Assembly: GCA_002269645.1 (NCBI GenBank)
Contig: NIVC01001838.1
Location: 1-64,000 of the forward strand
Length of the DNA stretch: 64,000 bases
Direction: 5' to 3'
Source of the DNA: Macrostomum lignano
Lineage: Eukaryota
This document shows, in pieces, positions 1 to 11,804 of the stretch. The translations under genes and the position numbers were made by a program. The notes under the pieces were generated by a model that saw nothing but the letters and a program-made list of their open reading frames with translations, was not told the DNA's origin and searched no databases. Position 1 is the stretch's first letter. Every line of letters starts with the position of its first letter.

Positions 1-125
1 GGATTCTGGTGTGGCCTACAGTGAGGCCTGGGATTCTGGTGTGGCCTACAGGTGAGGCCCCCCCTGGGATTCTAGTGTGGCCTACAGGTGAGGCCTGGAT
101 TCTGGTGTGGCCTACAGGTGAGGCC
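1..125 (+). repeat. About 30-bp intronic tandem repeat (ggattctggtgtggcctacaggtgaggcct)
   Basis: About 4 visible units upstream of the ANAPC4 acceptor at 134. Confidence 0.9.
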
Positions 126-134
126 TTGTTGCAG

Positions 135-3100
135 ATTGAGCAATGCGGAACCAACCCAACTCCAAGCCAGCTGGCCATTTCTTCTTGAACCCAGCGACGG
201 ACGGCTGCGGCACCTCAGCCTGGAGGATGGCAGCGTGCTGCACGAGGACTGGCTGACCGCGCCGGCAGGACAGCGGCTGGCGACTCAGCCAACGAGGGCC
301 CGGCGCTGTGCAGCCACTGGCCTGCTGGCAAATCGACAGTTCACCGAGCGCGTGACTCGGGCTGGCGAGGCTCTGCCGGTCTTTGGCCGACCTGCTCGGC
401 GGTGCATCGTCCGGCGCTTCGTCATCGTCTTCGACGTCGACAACTGGCGGCGGCGGCGTCGTCGACTGGACGGCATCGCGTCGAATCGAGCGTCAGCTGA
501 GCTGCTGGCAGTGGCCAGCCGCCTGTGGATTCACACTGCTGCTAGCCTACGGCATCTGCCGGCTGTGCCGACTGTCGCTTGACCAGCTGTGCCCCGGCGC
601 CTGTGTCCGGAGCAGTACCGGCCAGTGTCTGTGCTGGTGTCGGACAATCTGGCCAGGGTTAGCTTGCTGGCTAGCCGGAGGGCCGGCAGCAGGCCGTGCT
701 GCAGTTCGACACGGGCCTGGCCGAGGCGGGACGCTACGAGAGAGTCAGGCGGGTGGCGCTGACCGTGGTGCAGCTGACCCAGCTGACTGCCGGACTGCGG
801 CGCTGTCTGAAGGAGATGACCGAGTGCTGGGAGGACTCGGTTAGTGCTGGGTTGGGAAGGGGAGCAAATTTAACCTCGAGTTCGAGACCTCGCTTTACTA
901 ATCATCCAAGTTTTTGGATTCTGCGTCTCTGAAGCAATTTTTTTATAATTCCAGATCCCCAGGTTGTTCTTCTGAAAACAAGGTTAATAATATCCTTTGA
1001 ATCCTAGGTAATCTTTCGTGCCCTTGTTAATCCTCCCAATCCTTGGTTAATCCTTCCAATCCTTGGTTAATCCTTCCAATCCTTGGTTAATCCCTCTAAT
1101 CCTTGGTTAATCCCTCTAATCCTTGATTAATCCCTCTAATCCTTGGTTAATCCTTCCAATCCTTGGATAATCCCTCTAATCCTTGGTTAATCCTTCCAAT
1201 CCTTGGTTAATCCCTCCAATCCTTGGTTAATCCTCCTAATCCTTGGTTAATCCCTCTAATCCTTGATTAATCCTTCCAATCCTTGGTTAATCCCTCTAAT
1301 CCTTGGTTAATCCTTCTAATCCTTGGTTAATCCCTCTAATCCTTGATTAATCCTTCCAATCCTTGGTTAATCCTTCCAATCCTTGGTTAATTCTTCCAAT
1401 CATTCGTTAATCCCTCTAATCCTTGGTTAATCCTTCGAATCCTTGGATAATCCCTCTAATCCTTGTTAATCCTCCTAATCCTTGTTAATCCCTCTAATCC
1501 TTGATTAATCCTTCCAATCCTTGGTTAATCCTCTAATCCTTGGTTAATCCTTCAATCCTTGGTTAATCCCTCTAATCCTTGATTAATCCTTCCAATCCTT
1601 GGTTAATCCTTCCAATCCTTGGTTAATTCTTCCAATCATTCGTTAATCCCTCTAATCCTTGGTTAATCCTTCGAATCCTTGGATAATCCCTCTAATCCTT
1701 AATTAATCCTTCCAATCCTTGGTTAATCCCTCTAATCCTTGATTAATCCTTCCAATCCTTGATTAATCCCTCTAATCCTTGGTTAATCCTTCCAATCCTT
1801 GGTTAATCCCTCTAATCCTTGATTAATCCTTCCAATCCTTGGTTAATCCTTCCAATCCTTGGTTAATTCTTCCAATCATTCGTTAATCCCTCTAATCCTT
1901 GGTTAATCCTTCGAATCCTTGGATAATCCCTCTAATCCTTAATTAATCCTTCCAATCCTTGGTTAATCCCTCTAATCCTTGATTAATCCTTCCAATCCTT
2001 GGTTAATCCCTCTAATCCTTGATTAATCCTTCCAATCCTTGGTTAATCCTTCCAATCCTTGGTTAATCCCTCTAATCCTTGGTTAATCCTTCGAATCCTT
2101 GGATAATCCCTCTAATCCTTGATTAATCCTTCCAATCCTTGGTTAATCCCTCTAATCCTTGATTAATCCTTCCAATCCTTGGTTAATCCCTCTAATCCTT
2201 GGTTAATCCTTCCAATCCTTGGTTAATCCTTCTAATCCTTGGTTAATCCTTCTTATCATTGGTTAATCATCATAATCCCAGATCCCCAACTAAACCAAAA
2301 GCTCCAAACCCAAACGCTCAGGTGCACGAGCTGGACCAAAAGTTCGCCGACTACAGCAAAGACAGAGACGAATACGCATTGGCAATGGGCGAACCGGAGT
2401 GGCAGCTGCGCACGGACCTGATGGCGCTGCTGCTCACCGGACATTGCCACGCGAAATTCCGCGAATTCCTGTGCGAAGGCCTGTCCCGGGCCGGGCTGGT
2501 CCGCATCGGCCGCGGCATCGAGACCAGCCTGTGCTCCGTGCAGCGGCACAATGCCTGCCAGCTGCAGACTCTGCTGTTCGCCTTGATTTTCCACCTGGCC
2601 GAGCTGGCCGACTGCGCCGCTACCGGCGTCGCCGATCTGGGCAAAGGCGATGACGAAGTCGATGAGGAAGGCGGAGAGAGCGGCGACGAAGGCGAGGACG
2701 ATCTGGGCGAAAGGCGTCTCGAAGCCGAGGCGAGCGACGACGATGGCGAGCTTGCAGAAACTGGGAACGGCGACGCCCAGCTTGGTGAGAGACTACTATT
2801 AGTAGCTAATTGGAATGTGTGAGTTAAATGTATAGGATTTACACCGTAGCAACAAAGATTTCCCTAAAGCAACGGAGAATTTCGCCATAGTAATAGAGCA
2901 CTTCTCCCTAGCAACACAACTTTTCGCCATAGCAACAGATGTTTCCTACATAGCAACAGTTTTTCGTCATAGCAACAAGACTTTTCTCCCTAGCAACACA
3001 GCTTTTCTCCATAGCAAGAGCTTTTCTCCATAGCAACAGATGTTTCCTTCATAGCAACAGAGTTTTTCTCCATAGCAAGAGCTTTTCTCCATAGCAACAG

Positions 3101-4793
3101 AGGTTGTCACTGTAGCAACAGTGCTGCTTACTTCATAGAAGCAGTGGTTTTTGCACTTCAATTTTGTACATGCGAAGTTTGTTAACGTTCACGTAAAGAT
3201 TATACTTTAACTGTTATTCATAATTGACCGCAATGTCGGCCCAATTTCTTAGAAAGCATCCTTTATTCACGCCTGTCATCCTCTCCTCTACGCAGGCGAG
3301 CTCAGCCGCCGCCGGGCCGCCGACGCGCTGACCTACGCCGGCAGCGCCCTGGCCAAGTCCCTCGAGCTCGGCTCAGTAATCGAGCGCACCAGAGACAGCC
3401 TGCGCGCCTTCTGCGAATGGCTCTACGTGCAAATCCTGCGCCTATCTAAGGAGGCCGTGCCGCGCGCGCTCCAGCGCACCACCGTGCAGCGGCGCCGGCT
3501 AGTGATCGACTTTATTCGACACCAATTGGCCGACGGCGCCGCCACTGGGGGGCAGCGCCGATTCCGACTCGAGTTGGTGGGACAGTACCTGGCCGACGAG
3601 CCGCTGGCCTCCGTGCCCGACTGCCCGACCGTCTGGCAGCAGGTGCTGGAGCGGCATCTTCAGCGGGAGGCTTGGACTAGCGGGCATCGGCGGCAGCGGC
3701 GCCTGTTGCGCGCTTGCACGCTGGTGCGCCCGGACACGGAGGCTTCGCTGGCGCAGTGTCTGGAGCGCCTGTGCGACCGGGTTGACGCCGCCTGCCGGCT
3801 GGTTGAGCCGCGCCGGGTTCGCCTGCTGACAGAGCCGCCTGTGCAGCCGGTGTCCGGTCTGCGACCGCTGGCTCAAGGATTCATAGGCAGACAGGTGAGC
3901 AAGACCTGATGCTGAACATCGCTTTAATAATGGAAATCGAGTCCAGGACCTCGCTTTAATATGGGAATCGAGTCTAGGGACTCTCGCTTTAATATGGGAA
4001 TCGAGTCTACGACCTCTCGCTTTAATAGGGGAATCGAGTCTAGGACCTCTAGCTTTAATAGGGAAATCGAGTCCAGGACCTCTCGCTTTAATAATGGAAA
4101 TCGAGTCCAGGACCTCTCGCTTTAATATGGGATATCTAGTTCAGGCGTTTTAAGTCTCATTTTTTTCATTAAAATCGAGTCCACGACCTCTCTGTTCTAA
4201 TAAAAACCATATCCAACCCTCAGGCGCTGTACCACGCGCTGCTTCTGCACCCGGACGGCTGCACCGGCCTGCTGTTCCGCCAGGGCCCCGACGGTTGGTG
4301 CGGCCTTCGGTTTCGCTGCTCTTCCGACAGCGACGGCGCCCTCAAATTGGTGGACGCCTGCCAGCTGGACGCCAAGCAGTTCGCCTGTCTGCTGGCCGGG
4401 CCAGAAGGCGCGTCGGCCACGTCTTCACTTGTCGTACTGCCGCTGGCCGCCTTCAACGAGGCCGATTGGTCGCCGCCAACGGCGTCCCCGGAGTCGGCAG
4501 CCGCCGGCCTCAATGATTCGTCGATCGTCGAATTGGCCGATCGGCTGGGCGAGCGACTTCGCGCCGACAATCTGCCTGGCTGCGGCATCGCTGTCGCAGC
4601 TGAGCGCCGCCTGATGGTCTCCGTGCTGTTCGCCTGCCACCGACGGCTGCGCGTCTGCCTGCTGGAGCCCTTCAGCGAGGACGACGACGACGATGAAGAA
4701 GGCGGGGCGGCAGACGATGCCGACCGGGACGAAGAGGACCACGTCGCGAACGTTTCCGCAATGTCGGCAACGGCGCCAATGGAACAGAACTAA
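135..4793 (+). CDS. ANAPC4: Anaphase-promoting complex subunit 4, 5'-partial. Exons about 135-839 (several frameshifts), 2322-2784, 3296-3894, 4224-4793
   Basis: Segments resemble human APC4: FTLLLAYGICRL (IELYAYGMFKI), LKEMTECWEDS-VHELDQKF (MCEAWEEILMQMDSRL), SVIERTRDSLRAFCEWLYVQILRL (QVIDSSMKNFKAFFRWLYVAMLRM), FRLELVGQYLADE (FNVERVGQYLKDE), RRLRVCLLE followed by an acidic tail. GT-AG introns with matching phases. AATAAA near 4898. Acidic insertion at about 2644-2784. Confidence 0.9.
1023..2270 (+). repeat. 20-bp intronic minisatellite (taatccttggttaatccYtc) with a 240-bp higher-order repeat
   Basis: Directly visible. The variant ttcttccaatcattcg recurs at 1391, 1627 and 1867. Confidence 0.97.
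2846..3115 (+). repeat. Degenerate intronic repeat, about 22-25 bp, with a CATAGCAAC core
   Basis: Repeated (c/t)agcaac cores separated by ttttct-like spacers. Confidence 0.8.
3920..4190 (+). repeat. About 36-bp intronic tandem repeat (tcgctttaata..ggaatcgagtc.aggacctc)
   Basis: About 7 units visible. Confidence 0.9.
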
Positions 4794-5116
4794 TTAATAT
4801 CTCTTTTATGCTACTTAATTTCCACACTATTAGTAGCATGGTGTGAAAATAACATTTTGTCAGTAAAGTCGCATTTTGTCAGTGCAAAATATACAAATAA
4901 ACGACTGAACAAGCTTATTGAAAACGTCAATGCTGTTTTACTTATAAAACATATGCAACAGATGCTGTTAAAGTTTGACTGCTTTTATTAATCATTAATG
5001 TAATTATTGTTGAACATGACGAACATGGGTATGGGTGACCAAGTAATGTTTTTACTAATGGATAAGCAGACGACAGTCCAAATGAATGCAGAAACAAAGC
5101 AGGGGTTGCCACGCGG

Positions 5117-6130
5117 TCAGGCCGAGCTGATGTTGAACCGGGCCGCTCGCAGCTGCAGCTTCTCCTCGTTGGTTGGCGGCAGGTTGAACCGATCGGCGCG
5201 CGCCTTCAGCCTGGCAGCCTCGGCGTCCGCCTCAGCGGCCGGCTTGGCCAGCCCGAATCGCTCCGCCCGGATGCGCAGCCGCTCCGCCTCCGCTGTCGAC
5301 GAAGCTGCGGCGGTGGTGGCGGCGGCGGCTGGAGCGGCTCCGCTGGATGCGGCAGCGAGGCCGAACCGCTCGGCCCGCTTGCGCTTTCGCTCTTCGAGCT
5401 CCTCGGCGCTCGCGCCATCGCCACCGCTTGCTCCGATGCCGAATCGCTCGGCGCGCAGGGCCTTCCGCTTCTCCATGTCTTCGGCGGAGATCCCGTCGCC
5501 GCCGCCTCCGGTGCCAAATCGTTCAGCGCGTAGGGCCTTTCGCTTCTCGACATCGTCAGCTGAGGCGCCGGCGCCGAATCGTTCGGCGCGCAGAGCTTTG
5601 CGCTTCTCCATCTCGTCGTTGGTGGCGGCAGCAGCGGCGCCGAATCGCTTGGCTCGCAGGGCCAGCAGCTCAGCTTCGCTCGGCTTGCTTGCCGCTGCAG
5701 GCTTCGGCGGAGAGGCGGCCGGAGGAGCGGCGGTTTCCGGAGCAGCAGCGGCAGCGGCGGCGGCCCCAGCCGGCTGGGTGAGTCGGACTTTCTTAGCTGA
5801 GGAGGCGGCCTCGCTGTTGGCCGTAGCGGGTGCCGCCGCGCCTTCGCTAGCAGCGGGTTTCGAAGCAGCGGGAGCAGCAGCAGCAGCCGCTGGAGCCGCC
5901 AGCTTCAATTTTAACGGCGGCACCACAGCCGGTTGCGGGGCTGACGTTATGGCGTCCCCTTCCAGCAGGCTGTCTTCGGCCCGCTTGACCAGCAATTCAT
6001 GAAGCCGCTCGACCAGCTCCTTCTTTGAGCCCGTGACTGGCAGCTCGGCCGCTTTGCACTGCTCTTTGAGCTCCTTCAGTTTCATCCGACTCAAATCTTC
6101 AACGCTCGGTACGTCGGTCGATTCGGACAT
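5117..6130 (-). CDS. SARNP: SAP domain-containing ribonucleoprotein (SARNP/CIP29/Tho1 family), 337 aa from ATG 6130
   Basis: N-terminal SAP motif LSRMKLKELKEQCKAAELPVTGSKKELVERL, then repeated RAxRF(G/N) motifs typical of Tho1/SARNP. Minus-strand AATAAA at about 4984-4989. Confidence 0.9.
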   Translation of the reverse strand: MSESTDVPSVEDLSRMKLKELKEQCKAAELPVTGSKKELVERLHELLVKRAEDSLLEGDAITSAPQPAVVPPLKLKLAAPAAAAAAPAASKPAASEGAAAPATANSEAASSAKKVRLTQPAGAAAAAAAAPETAAPPAASPPKPAAASKPSEAELLALRAKRFGAAAAATNDEMEKRKALRAERFGAGASADDVEKRKALRAERFGTGGGGDGISAEDMEKRKALRAERFGIGASGGDGASAEELEERKRKRAERFGLAAASSGAAPAAAATTAAASSTAEAERLRIRAERFGLAKPAAEADAEAARLKARADRFNLPPTNEEKLQLRAARFNISSA

Positions 6131-6194
6131 GACTGGCTGGATCTGGCTGCAACCGGGTTGGAGGTTGGTCATTGCGTCATTCACTCAGGCACAT

Positions 6195-6950
6195 TCACTA
6201 AGAGAAGAGGCAGATTCACTAAGAGAAGAGGCAGATTCACTAAGAGAAGAGGCAGATTCACTAAGAGAAGAGACAGATTCACTAAGAGAAGAGACAGATT
6301 CACTAAGAGAAGAGGCAGATTCACTAAGAGAAGAGGCAGATTCACTAAGAGAAGAGGCAGATTCACTAAGAGAAGAGACAGATTCACTAAGAGAAGAGGC
6401 AGATTCACTAAGAGAAGAGGCAGATTCACTAAGAGAAGAGGCAGATTCACTAAGAGAAGAGACAGACTCACTAAGAGAAGAGGCAGATTCACTAAGAGAA
6501 GAGGCAGATTCACTAAGAGAAGAGACAGATTCACTAAGAGAAGAGGCAGATTCACTAAGAGAAGAGGCAGATTCACTAAGAGAAGAGGCAGATTCACTAA
6601 GAGAAGAGGCAGATTCACTAAGAGAAGAGACAGATTCACTAAGAGAAGAGGCAGATTCACAAAGTAGAAGAGGCAGATTCACTAAGAGAAGAGGCAGATT
6701 CACTAAGAGAAGAGACAGATTCACTAAGAGAAGAGGCAGATTCACTAAGAGTAGAGGCAGATTTACAAAGGGAAGAGGCAGATTCACTAAGAGTAGAGGC
6801 AGATTTACAAAGGGAAGAGGCAGATTCACTAAGAGAAGAGGCAGATTCACTAAGAGTAGAGGCAGATTTACAAAGGGAAGAGGCAGACTCACTAAGGGAA
6901 GAGGCAGATTCACTAAGAGTAGAGGCAGATTTACAAAGGGAAGAGGCAGA
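6195..6950. repeat. 21-bp tandem repeat (gaggcagattcactaagagaa) between EIF3F and SARNP
   Basis: Directly visible, changing to an alternating 42-bp pattern after about 6740. Confidence 0.97.
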
Positions 6951-7311
6951 TTCTTAATAGAGCAGTTTGAAGGAGAGAAATGACAGTGGATCCTTGCCAG
7001 TATAAAACTAATAATAAAAACTTTAAGCAATAACGCAACAATATCACCGAATTCATAGTTCCTTTCCGAACTTCGAGCCGATCAGAAAGCTCGAATAAAA
7101 CAGTTTATTTCTTGTTTTAATTTCTGTCGGTTTTTTGTTTCTGTTTGTAATCGAATGCTAACACTGTTTAAACACCGTTTGCAAACGCGCGCACACACTA
7201 TAGCGGTTCTGTTGTTCATATTTTCTTATAATGAGTCACATTGACGCCACTCCGAACCAACCCACACCGAAACGGAAAACACAGCTGGCAGGCGGGGGGG
7301 GGTTAACAGTG

Positions 7312-9072
7312 TCACATAGCTATTAGCTTCTCGTTGAAGTCGAGATGGGTTCGAATCATTGTGGTCAGGTAGGACAGCATCAGCAGGTCCTTAGTTGATG
7401 AGTTCACCATATCGTCGAATGTCTCTTTGTCCAATTTGGGCACCGTGTTGACCAGCTGGGCTAGGGATCTGCCCAGCTGCGGGTCCGCCTTCTGCTGGTC
7501 AGTTAGCACGGAGTCGACGTAGGCAATCACCTGCGGGTGCGTTTGTCAGGGAGTTGTGGCCATTAGAGGCGATTCTCATGCTGGGTTTGGGCGATTCTCA
7601 TGCTGGGTTTGGGGCGATTCTCATGCTGGGTTTGGGGCGATTCTTATGCTGGGTTTGGGGCGATTCTCATGCTGGGTTTGGGGCGATTCTCATGCTGGAT
7701 TCTGGGGGATTCTCATGCTGGATTCTGGGGGATTATCATGCTGGATTCTGGGGGATTCTCATGCTGGGTTTGGGGCGATTCTCATGCTGGGTTTGGGGCG
7801 ATTCTCATGCTGGGTTTGGGGCGATTCTCATGCTGGGTTTGGGGCGATTCTCATGCTGGGTTTGGGGCGATTCTTATGCTGGGTTTGAAGTGATTCTCAT
7901 GCTGGGTTTGGGGCGATTCTCATGCTGGATTCAGAGAGGTTATTTGGTTTGGATTAAATAGCAGCAATCTTATTTAAACGGCGCATGAACCCACCTGCTC
8001 CAGCATTCGAGACAGATTCCTGGCAGCCGAACGCACATTGCCAACATCGTCTAGCAGGCTGACGGCACGTTTAATATTGTTCCTGCCGCTCTGCATCACC
8101 CGACAGGCGGCGGCTTCGTCATCGTAGGCCTCGTTGCGAAGCTCGATTGGCACAAACATTGTGCCCTTGGTCTTGCCTGGAACGCCGAACGTGGTGCTGA
8201 CGAAAGCTCGAAATTGCATTCTTGGCCGGCTGTCGTCAACCTCGGCGTTAACTAGCATGTGTACAGGCCTGCGGCATTCTCGCGAGTAATAGTCGTGTAT
8301 GAGCACCGATGGAGCTCGGATGCTGGAGCCGGTGCTGAACCAGCCTACAATAGACTCGCCGGGATTGGCTTTGCGATGCAATTCGAACATGGCCCGCTGG
8401 AATTCTATGTCAATGGCGGCGCTGTCCTCGGATTCGCTGTGCGGCACAGAGAAACAATTTGTAGCCGTCACCTGGCCTTTGCTGTCGCTGCTGCCTGCTC
8501 GGTTGAGTAGTTGGTCTGACTGTTATCGATTCCATCCTATCTTCTGTCTGTCTGTCTGTCTGTCTGCCTGCCTGCCTGCCTGTGTGTCTGCCTGCCTGCC
8601 TGTGTGTCTGTCTGTGTGTCTGTCTGCCTGTCTGTCTGTGTGTCTGTCTGTCTGCCTGCCTGCCTGTCTGTCTGTCTGTCTGTCTGTCTGTCTGCCTGCC
8701 TGCCTGACTGTCTGTCTGTCTGTCTGTGTGTCTGTCTGTGTGTCTGTCTGTGTGTCTGTCTGCCTGCCTGCCTGTCTGTCTGTGTGTCTGTCTGTCTGTC
8801 TGTCTGTCTGCCTGTCTGTCTGCTTCAGTGCGTCTGTCTGTCTGTGTGTCTGTCTGTCTGTCTGTCCGTCTGTTGGTCTGTCTGTACATTATCCCATCTA
8901 TCTGTCCCGTCTCCTGACTGCCTTCCCGCATGCACAGTGAGCACTCACCTAGCAGAGTGCCAATCACTTGCAGCTGGTTCTCTGGCCGGCGCTCATAAAA
9001 GTCAATAATTTGTAACAGCACAGTGGGGTGCACCCGCAGCTGCAGAGCCCCTGAACTACTGCTTACTTTAGC
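7312..9072 (-). CDS. EIF3F: Eukaryotic translation initiation factor 3 subunit F. Exons 9072-8949, 8494-7995, 7530-7312; no ATG in these exons
   Basis: MPN-domain motifs RVHPTVLLQIIDFYERR, VIGTLLG, TNCFSVPHSES, IVGWFSTG, SVLIHDYYSRE and C-terminal DLLMLSYLTTM..NEKL match eIF3f. Exon lengths 124+500+219 = 843 nt keep the frame. Confidence 0.93.
7565..7932. repeat. 23-bp intronic tandem repeat (gcgattctcatgctgggtttggg)
   Basis: Directly visible, in the last EIF3F intron. Confidence 0.96.
8545..8885. repeat. (CTGT)n-type microsatellite in an EIF3F intron
   Basis: Directly visible. Confidence 0.97.
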
Positions 9073-9745
9073 CTGAAAAAGTTTTTAGTAGTATATATGC
9101 TTGATTTGAATGTAATATTAAAAATCGCATAAAGGTTAGTGTGTTTGATACTATATACAAAAATCTTACATATTACAATAGGGGTCAAATCATAAAAATA
9201 CAATCAATTACAATTTTTTTACACAATTTTACAAATTTGGATATTTAAATTTGACATAAATTTTTGGTATATCCTTGCATTTTTTCTAATATACAAAAAC
9301 AATCCAAAAAAGATCAATACAAGTGTGGCCTAGCCCAATATTATACTTTTATATTTTTATATAGTTTTTATAGGTTAGGACATAGAGATAGCCTATAGCA
9401 TATAGATAGCACATAGTGCACATATACATGTGCAATAATTGGCCAAGTCAGCCAATCTGGCTGACCAATTTGGCGGCCAACCAAGGTAAGTTGCAAAAAT
9501 GCCCACCCGAATAAATACCCAAGTAATACTAAGTAGATAACAAGGCATTTTGTCTTAATAGGATAGTCACAGTTACTCCTGCCATTCACCCAAAGCTGCT
9601 TAATTCTGCTTTAGGGTTTTTTACATGTAAGTCACATTTTTGGCCAAAAACGTTCTTTATTAATGTTTATTCTCTATTCTCTATTAATTCTTTATTATGA
9701 TAGAAAAAAGATATTTATATAGATACCTATCTGGTACACTTTGAA

Positions 9746-9925
9746 CAAGGGCGGATCCAGAGAGGAGGCCAAGGGGGCCATGGCCCCCCCCCCTTAACTA
9801 TGGCCAAAGAAATTTTGATCATACTTTTTTGACCTGCTACTATGCCAGGTCTATTTTCCAATATAGGGTTGTAATGCTTGGTATAGCTTGGCCCCCTTCT
9901 CAAAAATTTTCTGGATCCACACCTG
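9746..9925. mobile_element. hAT-type MITE, about 180 bp
   Basis: Imperfect TIRs CAAGGGCGGATCCAG / CTGGATCCACACCTG and an 8-bp TSD actttgaa / actttaaa (7 of 8 match). Confidence 0.75.
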
Positions 9926-10665
9926 ACTTTAAAATATGTTAGTATACTTAGAATTCCTCATATTCATTACAATTGCACTTTTTAGTATAATATGGTAGTG
10001 TTAAACTAATAAGACTAAGGGACTAAGGGGTAGTATTAAACTAATAACTAAACTAAATAGTATCATCTTTATATGCTTTGAAACCTTAAATTTGAAAGCT
10101 AGTCATGAAACCCCCAAAGGCTTAATGCACAAAATATATAATGATGTTCCCTTATCATTTATTATTCTTTGCTCCCTTTTCTTTATATTGCTTGCCTTGG
10201 CTTAAGTTCTAAATTCCAAGGACTTAAAAGTTCCTTTTATTTTTTGAAATTGGCAATATTTATTCATCTCTAACCCTTTTTAGATGCTAATCACTTTGTC
10301 AATTAGCATTTTGTCAAATGGTTGACTATTTGGTAAGGGTAGCAGTATTTGCAATTGACAAAGTGACTATTTGAATTTTGGCAAGGGTAGTAGTATTTGC
10401 AATTGATGAAGTAACCTTGTTTTTAATTATATTTACTTTGATACCAAATGTATATAGAGAATTGAGCTTGAAAAAAGTATTAATTTGTGATTATAAAAGG
10501 TTAAATTCATATTTAGTTATTTAGATTTATTCATAAATTGTTTATCATTGTTTATTATTCTTTTTAAAAAAACATTTATACTTTATTGTAATTCAATGTT
10601 GAAATTCAAGTTTTAATTTGAATTAAAATCATTTAAAAAATTCAAACATAGGCCTATTACAGTAT

Positions 10666-11804
10666 TAGTGTTCCGCCGCCGCGAGTTTCGACCTCCGTAA
10701 CCGTAACCGTAGCCGTAAGAAAGAAGCAACTTCCGTAGCCGAATTTTGCCGTCATTACGGGCTAAAAAAAGTCCGTAACCGTAATTTGCCGTAACCGTAG
10801 CCGTAATGTATAACAAAAATTGATATTTTTGCATGAAAAGTAGGGCAGACAGAAAAGGACAGATAAAAAGGATAAAAGGATAGCAATAAAACCTACTTGT
10901 TGTTCGTTCATGCATTAATATTCATTTATTTTTTCGTAAATATAATATCTTATCAAAGTATTCTATAGCATTGTTGTATGCAATTGTGTGCTTGGTGCCT
11001 TTTTCAGTTTTCTGTGTCGTGATTCTGTTTTGTTTCGCTACAATATGAATATATGACTGACGTGCCAAGGTCAATGTGTATGTTTAATATCATTAAATAA
11101 ATATATGAATTTGTTCAAATAAAACTGCTTCAAAATTTCCGATGACTAAGAAATTGCATGTTACATTTTTTCATTTTCATTTTATTGCATTGTCTATTGT
11201 ATTGTCTTCTTTGGTTTCAATCAATTTTCAATCATAATTCATATTCTTATCCTATTAGTATTTATTTAGTATTTCCTTATTAATATTCTTTCATCCTTAT
11301 CCTCATAATCTAAATCTAATATCCTATTTTTATGCTAAGGAGCTAAATGCTACATATGGCTAAGAAATAAGAATGCCAGATTCTTAGTCTCTTGTAGGCT
11401 TTGACTGGCTCTCTCTGTCTCGCTGCTATCATGCTATCGCTATGCTATGCTATGCCGTATGCCTAATGAGAAAATTCGTGGAAAAATTTGTTTTTCATTT
11501 TCAAGAAGTTTCGTAGATATTTAGAAACTTAACAAATGTAAAAAATAATAATAACTAGTAAAACAAAATGAAAACTGGTTGAAGTTGATATAAAAAAATT
11601 CTTTTATAACACTAAACAGTTAAAAATAAATAATTTTTGTTACGGCTACCAATTATGGCAAGTCTAGAAAAATCTCCGTAATCCGTAACCGTAACCGTAA
11701 GCTCAAAATATGTCCGTAACCGTAATCCGTAATGAAAACACGGCTTCAAAAGTGTCGTAGCCGTAATTTGCCGTAGCCGTAGCCGTAATTACGGCGGAAC
11801 ACTA
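10666..11804. mobile_element. Non-autonomous DNA transposon, probably hAT, with subterminal (CCGTAA/CCGTAG)n repeats
   Basis: 13-bp TIR TAGTGTTCCGCCG at both ends and CCGTAR repeats inside both ends. TSD unclear: aggcctat follows the right end and also occurs 8 bp before the left end. Confidence 0.75.

Noticed and set aside
6033-7030. EADSLRE / SLSESA coiled-coil-like ORFs
   Set aside because: They are translations of a 21-bp non-coding tandem array, open in several frames on both strands.
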